The notes below the pieces were generated by a model, which worked only from the letters and a program-made list of their open reading frames with translations, ran no database searches and was not told the DNA's origin. Below, one piece after another: positions 11,101 to 33,375 of a stretch of DNA of 33,375 nt. The translations under genes and the position numbers were made by a program. The stretch is from Klebsormidium nitens (Eukaryota > Plantae > Klebsormidiophyceae), in assembly GCA_000708835.1 (NCBI GenBank), contig DF237730.1, forward strand, positions 1 to 33,375. The letters are read 5' to 3'. Every line of letters starts with the position of its first letter. Within the stretch, counting starts at the first letter, position 1.

Positions 11101-14052
11101 GTGGTTCCCCAGATTCTGGTCAGGTTTTGGTTCCCTGGTTTTCTTTACACAGAGCAGACCTGTCGTCATTTGAGAGGTTTAACCTCTTACAGAAAAGCGT
11201 CAAAGTATTGGGCTAATATAAGCGTGCTTCGACTTCAGGTATCATGAGAATGAATGTTTGGAGTCAAGCATCCTTCAGTTGGGCAGCTTTGTGGTCAAGT
11301 TCGAAGATGACATCTGATGCACGTTCACGCAGTTGGGACTCGCCTGAAAGGCCCTTTAACCGAGATGACCTGAATGTGGCACCTCTGAGATGCACATTTT
11401 CTGGTCCGATGCAGATCCCTTTGGAGTGGACCAGATGTACGTGCAGGTCGGGACGTGGGGGAACGGCATCCCGAAATATGCTGCCATACGGGGCTCGAGC
11501 CCTCTGGAGGGGTACCACAAGCACATTGCGCGAGTCCTCTCGGGGGCCAACAATTCTGCCGAGCTGGGACATGCCCTATTGCTCGACAAGAACCACCGTT
11601 GGAACACAAACGCTCGAGTTGCAAAGCGGGGCCAGAGGGATTTCAGCATGTACGACTTCAGGTACATCGAGAAAACAAAGCGAGCGTGCCAGCGCCTTGG
11701 AATGGCTGACCCCTATCCCGAATACGTGATCCAGGACTTCGAGCCGCGTGAGCGCTTTGGCTTCGACGTGTTGCCCCCCGGCTCCGAGCTGCTGGCGGGA
11801 GCTTCGGGGCCGCTCCCTACGGAGTTGCCGGTGGTCGAGGACGACGGGGGGGCGTCCTTCTTCGAGCAGGATCTCGAGCCGCGTGGTAAGTAGTCGTTGT
11901 GCAACTTTCACCTTATGTGGTCATTCCAGCTTGCTGCAAAGAGAAAACTAGAAATGCGCAAATCCATCTTTTTGGTTCCGTTCATTTGTGTTGGGCGCGG
12001 AGCCTGTTCTTTTTCAACTCAAGATTCTGTTGAAGCGGCGCTTGCCTGGACAAGTCCACTCATTCTCTGGTGCGTCACTGCTGATCCGGCACCTGAAACT
12101 CTGCCCTCGAAAAATGTCAAATGTTCGTATGTTCTTGTCACAGATCAAGCTCCGCCCATTGCGCCCATCCGAGACCGGATTCCAACGGCAGCGCCAGCGC
12201 CGGCGCTATCCGGAGGCAGCTTCCGTCCCGTTGTGCCGTCAAGCACAACCTATCCGAACGTTGAACCGGAGGGTGTATCTGCACGGCGATCCCAGTTGCC
12301 AACTCCTCTTGAAGGTACGATTCACAGGTCTCGTTTCTGCTTGCGGCCAGCCATGCTTGCACAGCGTCCGTCTTTTGACGTTATATCGAGAGATTTTCTA
12401 GGCCTTCGTGACGAGATTTCAACTTGCCGTGGACTTGCTCATTGATCAGCGTTTGCTTCCAAGTGAATCGCAACGGGGCCTCACGGCCGGCCGCGCTCGC
12501 TTGTTGTTTCAGGGCCAGGAACGGCTGCAGACGTCGCAGCGCATGGACAGCCCGCTCAGCCCGCTTCGCACATCTCTGGTTCTCACGGGGGTTCTCAAGG
12601 TGAGTAGAGGAGCACAACCGACTTTCGTCCATCTTCTATTGTCCCTATCTTACTGAAAGCATCACCTTGCAGCTGCTTTTGTGTCCACATCGAAGCTTGC
12701 AGATTGACTCCGCTTCGACATGCAAGCATGCCCAACCATCTAGGTGTGCTTGGGCTCAAAGCCCACTTCAATCAGATGAGCGTTTGAACAATCCGTTCTC
12801 AACCCCGTCCCGGTTACCTTGTGCAACAGGGAGAATCTTCTCCTTCCCGGTTCTCCCGTCCTCGCATGGAGCACGAGACCAGACCCCTGTCTTTCAGCAA
12901 CAAGGTAATCGACGGAGCAGAATCCTAGTTCTGATCATCATTTTTATGTTCGAAGCCGGGACTTAGCTTTGTGCATCTCAATCAAACTTGACTGTGAGCA
13001 AGTGCGACCTTTATCTGTTCAGCTGAACAACCATACTCATGCGTACTTGTGCAGGTGCATACCTTCCGCACCAGAATCCGCAGTCACAGGGCCCGCTCGG
13101 GGGTGCTCCCCAGTTCTCGTCATCAGGGTTCGGGCAGCCGTGGTTGCCTCACGCCCATCCAGGTGACCTCAACACGTATGCTCAGCCCTAGCCCATTCGA
13201 AAGCTGTGTTTGCTTTCGGGCAAGGCTATCAACACCTTATTGAGTCCAGATCTGAAATCTGGTAGCCTAAGTGGTTGAAGCAGCTCAATAGGGCGGTTCG
13301 AAGCTGACGTCACTCGTCGTTCAATGGATTGTGTTTTCTTGTATGCAGTCGGGCTCCAGTCTGCTCACAGTCGAGCCACGTTGGAATCGACAGTGGGCCT
13401 GTCTAGATTCCGAGGGTTTCCCATGGGAGGTGAGCAGCGGAAAAAGTCTGGGGCACGAAGGAAGCGCCTTGTCGACTTGGCCACGTCCCAGTTCTCGCCG
13501 ACGGAGGTGGAGTGGTTTGTTAGGCTGCAAAGCAAGCATCGCAAAGGAGCCTCAACAAACTGGCAGGCTATGTTATATGATTGGAATACTTCTCTGATCC
13601 AGCTGAAACTAGATCCTAACAAGGCTGCCCTATGCGAGGGTGTCAATCCAAAGTTGGTAGGGCAGTTGCAGGGGTTCGAGAAGAAAGCATACGACGCAAT
13701 CAATCAGCAAGCTTCCCAGCTCTCACGTGTCGCACTCAATCCGGCAAACGCCCAGCGCCACCCTCTGACACACTACACCGCCTCACGTTTTACAACGCCA
13801 GTCGCTACGTCATCTCCTAAAGCATATGCCGCTGGCGCTCACTTCTACTTCTCAGGTCATCCATCCCTTGCGCCTGTCCACAATCCTGTCTCTCAGGTCG
13901 TTGGGGTCAAAAGGCCACTCGAGGTAGGTCCCCCTAACAGGGGCGGTAAGAATACTCCGAAAACGTGCTTGAAGTGCTCTGAGGCGAGCGGACAACCAGT
14001 CTACAGAAAGGAGCACATTTGTCCATATAAAGCAGCGCAGGGGCCTTCATGA
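8166..14052 (+). CDS. DDE transposase of the C/DxxH class, most like Dada/DUF6729-type proteins; 11 exons, about 1072 aa, no internal stop
   Basis: Exons 8166-8640, 8970-9463, 9720-9893, 10112-10262, 10743-11051, 11415-11885, 12144-12314, 12513-12599, 12830-12904, 13055-13162, 13349-14052 (3219 nt; all introns GT-AG; phases consistent). Motifs: LKCPDCG..GWSPRLRAV..YRYRCVGC (C4 zinc finger), DHTFK (D at 9449), GMNSYGEI, VWVDN (D at 10133), DALH (10202-10213), HCRRFIPG, DPFGVDQMY, RGSSPLEGYH (E at 11507), HRWN, and C-terminal TCLKC..H.CP. The family assignment is from recalled motif patterns, not a database search. The small exons 7-10 are inferred from splice sites and phase. Confidence 0.85.
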
Positions 14053-14651
14053 GGTGTGGATAAGATGTTGATTAGAAAAGAGCCTCGAGGACAGGTTAGC
14101 AATTGTTGTAGACCTTGTGTTTTAAGACGCTTGGCTCTTCGTTTTTAACAGTATTTGTTTATTGTATCTATTTCGGCAAGTTGACATAGTGGACAATTTG
14201 CAGTGATGCTCCTACTGTCCGACATAGTAAACTGGAAGGATTGACCTTACAAAGCGAAATGCGGATATCAACATCCAGTAAGTGTATTAGCCGTGTGTCG
14301 ACTTCGCAATGGAAATCTGCTTGATCCAAATCGATTCCTGGTTCATGATATGCCTAGCTTCATTGGCATGATGCACATAGTACATGCGTAGTATGTATAA
14401 CATTCATTTGTGACAATATGCGGAGGACGCGTGCATGTTTTTGTATGTCGGCATATTTGATCGAAATACCTCAAAGTCCGCATATGAAATACAATGATCA
14501 CCTCATAAAGTCTGTACCAAAGCACATGGAGCTTATAGCATGCATGACTAGCTATTGTAAGCAATCAAACTTGATTTGTGGCAGCGCCGTTGCAGTACTT
14601 GTTGCTGCATCGATTTGCATCTTTTTAGTGCGCACACAGCTAGCAATCAAG

Positions 14652-14935
14652 CTATAGCGCGCGGCCGCTCAGCTGGGCCGAAATAGGGTTTTAGGCTCCA
14701 TAGGGTTTTTTAACGGTGTCGATTCGGACCGGGCGGCCGGGGGATTTGTCGAAGCACAAAGATGGGGGTCGAGAACCGCGTCGTGACTCTCCCGGGGGGC
14801 TCCAACGGGCATTTCAAATCTGTTGTAAGGACAATAATTACCAGCATTTTGGGGGGCTGCGCCCCCCAAAACAGGCCCTTCGGGCCTCAAAATGCCCCCC
14901 AACACACCGAATTTTTGCCCATGCTGAGCACTATA
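14652..14935. repeat. MITE-like or terminal structure: imperfect inverted repeats enclosing two perfect hairpins
   Basis: gctcagctgggccgaaat (14667-14684) is an imperfect inverted match to atttttgcccatgctgagc (14911-14929). Hairpins ttttggggggc-tgc-gccccccaaaa (14847-14871) and aggccc-ttc-gggcct (14873-14887). Confidence 0.55.
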
Positions 14936-15360
14936 CGGTATTCTGGGGATCAACTTTCAAGCCGCAATGCATGGATGATGGCGCTAGAGAGCAAGGGAAG
15001 GCAGGGAAGGTGTGTTGCGAGCGCTACGATCCGGGTTGGTCTCCCTGCTCCTTTTCCATTACTATTGCGAGGCACCGACCTGCAAGAGGAAAAAGGGGGT
15101 CCTCTACTAAAATCCAGCGCAGTCTTGGTGCAGCATCATGGACAGCCTGGTGCCTCCCGCTTTGAGCTAATGACGCCCGCACGGTGGGCTGAGGTAGAGT
15201 GGTCACCAAAGCACTCACGTTGAGGGGGATTTTGAAAGATGTGGTGGATTGTTCTCTAATGGAGGAGTCAGCATGTGACCATCTGGTACAAGCTCACGGA
15301 CCAGGAGTTTTTGCTGCAAGGACTGCCGTCTGGGTTCAGGTAGTATCGTGCAAAGTTGAG

Positions 15361-15387
15361 GTTCTGTAGGTTCTGTAGGTTCTGTAG
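15361..15387. repeat. 9-bp tandem repeat x3 (gttctgtag) upstream of the hybrid kinase start codon
   Basis: gttctgtag gttctgtag gttctgtag read directly. Confidence 0.9.
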
Positions 15388-15458
15388 GTTTAATGTATCA
15401 TTGCCGGTTACAGAGTAGTTGAGGACTCTCCTTGGGTGCCCCCCCTGAGGTTGCGACC

Positions 15459-31674
<16,216 letters not shown>

Positions 31675-32871
31675 CCTAGATTGTCGGGCGTCTGCTGATA
31701 CCAGCTACTTCAGCCAAAAGTAGCTGCGGAGTAGCTGCTTTGCAAACCCGATTTCGTAAGTAATGTGGCGGCCACTTGCAAGTGTTGGGGTACAGGATAC
31801 AAATCTGTGACTGCAGATTTGATTTGGGCTTTATTGTTGGATACCCCTCACACGCAACAGCTTGAGCTGGTCTTTGATCGAAGTGATTCCGTTTTGATCA
31901 AGACTAGGAAAGCGTACTTGTGTAAAACAGTTTCTAGGGTTGATGCGCGCTACGCTCGCCTAAGTGGGACACACCATTCTTAGCAGTAATGGTACGGATA
32001 AGCTTAGTTGACATAGACAAGTCAAGGCGCCATTTGGGATCGACAAATCCAGCTAATCGAAGCCTGAGACATGCACTTAACCCATGTAGTAACCCTTCCG
32101 ACATTATCATCGGATCGTGCCATTGATCATATAGCCGATTCAATCTGAGATTGATCGTTACTTACAATTGCGTTGGTCGACCCAAGCGCACAAGGTTTCA
32201 ACTTCACGGTTACTGTGTCAACATATGCGGACCGGGGCTATACTATAGCTCTACGTACTAGGCTAAGGCTAGGATGCATGAACCCGGCCAGTAACTGAGC
32301 ATGCAAGCTCAGTCCAAGTTTGCTTATATATGAGCTTGCTTAGTATATCTCACTTAGTATATATGTACGGTGACTGTGGAGTGCATGAGTTGACAGGCAA
32401 TCATAAAGACGGAATCTTGGACTATATATATGATCCGAGTCAACCAAATTGACTTTTACTGCACAAATAGCTGGCATGCATATATCAATAATAAATGGAT
32501 CGATTGCATGCGCATGCCCGGCCATATGATGGCAATATGTGACTCAGTGATGCAAGGCATCGTGTCAAAACATATGTGCAGTGGCGTCCGGACCTCCGCT
32601 TTTCTGAATTTCCTTGGGGGGGTTGGTGGCCGGTTCTCGGAGCTCCGTGGCCAAGAGTTGAGGGGGCTGGTGGCCGGTGCCCGGTTGATCACTTTCATGG
32701 CATTTTAAAAGTCACGTATCTCAAAAACTTTCGCGTATACATATATAGTGGACTTCGTATACATGTACCTGCCCTCGCCAGCCCCCTGCAGAAAATCAGG
32801 CCACACCAACCGACGAGGGTTGGGCTTTTGGTTCTTTTAACGGCGAGTTTTATTTGTTTTGTTCTTTTATA

Positions 32872-32957
32872 TGACGTCAAAGCTCCTTTAGCTGACGCCA
32901 GACACTCGTTTTGCTGACGTCACGCTTTTTGAAAGCTCGTTTTGATGACGTCATCAA
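32872..32957. promoter_or_regulatory. Cluster of TGACGTCA palindromes (CRE/C-box-like) in a degenerate tandem repeat
   Basis: TGACGTCA at 32872, 32915 and 32946 (the last inside the 16-bp palindrome ttgatgacgtcatcaa, 32942-32957), plus TGACGCCA at 32893. Regulatory function is not shown. Confidence 0.4.
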
Positions 32958-33375
32958 TTTTGTCACCTGTGCTTCCACTCAATTCAAATTCGGCTACACC
33001 TTATTCAATATGGTGCTTCAGGGCTAGCAAGATAGCAAAAGTGATGATCCGACGGTCACCATGTGTACATGTGCAAGATTCATGTATACCAAATCTCGCG
33101 GTTTGCTGAGTCAAGCCAGCAAGCGGTTCTGGACGATGAGTTGAATAATCCTAGACATCTATAGTCGGACGCAGGTCCTAGACCATTTTGTTGAAGCCTC
33201 CTAACTAACGTATCGAGTTCCAATCCTCAATCACTCAATATGCCGATTTAGCATAAGATGCAGTTCAAAAAAGTGCAGCCGGGCTCCATTTTTCACGTTT
33301 GAAGGCCCACCGTCTCTCATGTCTCCAAGTTCCAACCATAACAATGCTTGGCGGCTTTGTGTCATGCGATATAGT

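Larger units (their letters stand above)
7050..14945 (+). mobile_element. Putative DNA transposon (Dada-like) carrying the spliced transposase; boundaries uncertain
   Basis: The transposase gene lies between two host genes and is flanked by palindrome/hairpin-rich non-coding DNA. Short inverted pairs occur at 7172-7181 / 14933-14942 (10/10) and 7245-7261 / 14652-14668 (15/17). No convincing TSD was found, so the coordinates are approximate. Confidence 0.5.

Noticed and set aside
12402-12445. Apparent premature stop or frameshift in the transposase if the acceptor at 12401 is used
   Set aside because: A pyrimidine-rich acceptor ending at 12512 (cttgttgtttcag) gives an in-phase open exon 12513-12599, so a pseudogene call is not needed.
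13263-13304. tRNA-like Pol III A-box (tagcctaagtgg) and B-box-like (ggttcgaagc) in transposase intron 10, tempting because Dada elements target tRNA genes
   Set aside because: Only about 20 nt separate the boxes, there is no acceptor or anticodon stem, and it lies inside the gene rather than at an end. tRNAscan-SE or Infernal would settle it.
32579-32790. CAGTGGCG start resembling a hAT-type MITE terminus
   Set aside because: No matching inverted end or 8-bp TSD found; only a weak cagccccctg candidate.
31765-33375. Short ORFs downstream of the hybrid kinase
   Set aside because: AT-richer non-coding composition, no splice-consistent chain and no recognisable protein motifs.

Overview
Intron-rich eukaryotic genomic DNA with GC-rich exons, introns of roughly 120-500 nt, GTGAG/GTAAG donors and TGCAG acceptors. 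The style suggests a green alga or charophyte such as Klebsormidium (inference only). I rebuilt three spliced + strand genes by hand and checked phase at every junction. (1) SYF1/XAB2 splicing factor, 11 exons, 1129-6688, about 876 aa. (2) An apparently intact 11-exon DDE transposase gene, 8166-14052, about 1072 aa, with an N-terminal C4 zinc finger, DHTFK / WVDN / DALH / LEGYH catalytic motifs and a C-terminal CxxC-H-C knuckle. It best resembles Dada/DUF6729-type (C/DxxH class) transposases and is flanked by hairpin- and palindrome-rich DNA with no clear TIR or TSD. (3) A 36-exon gene, 15459-31674, about 2124 aa, encoding a soluble Ser/Thr kinase - AAA_16/STAND-like ATPase - helical repeat - GAF - HisKA - HATPase - degenerate receiver - receiver protein, an architecture known from bacteria and from fungal group X hybrid histidine kinases. 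Most entries in the six-frame ORF track are exon read-throughs or antisense shadows of these three genes. No rRNA, complete tRNA or CRISPR array was found.
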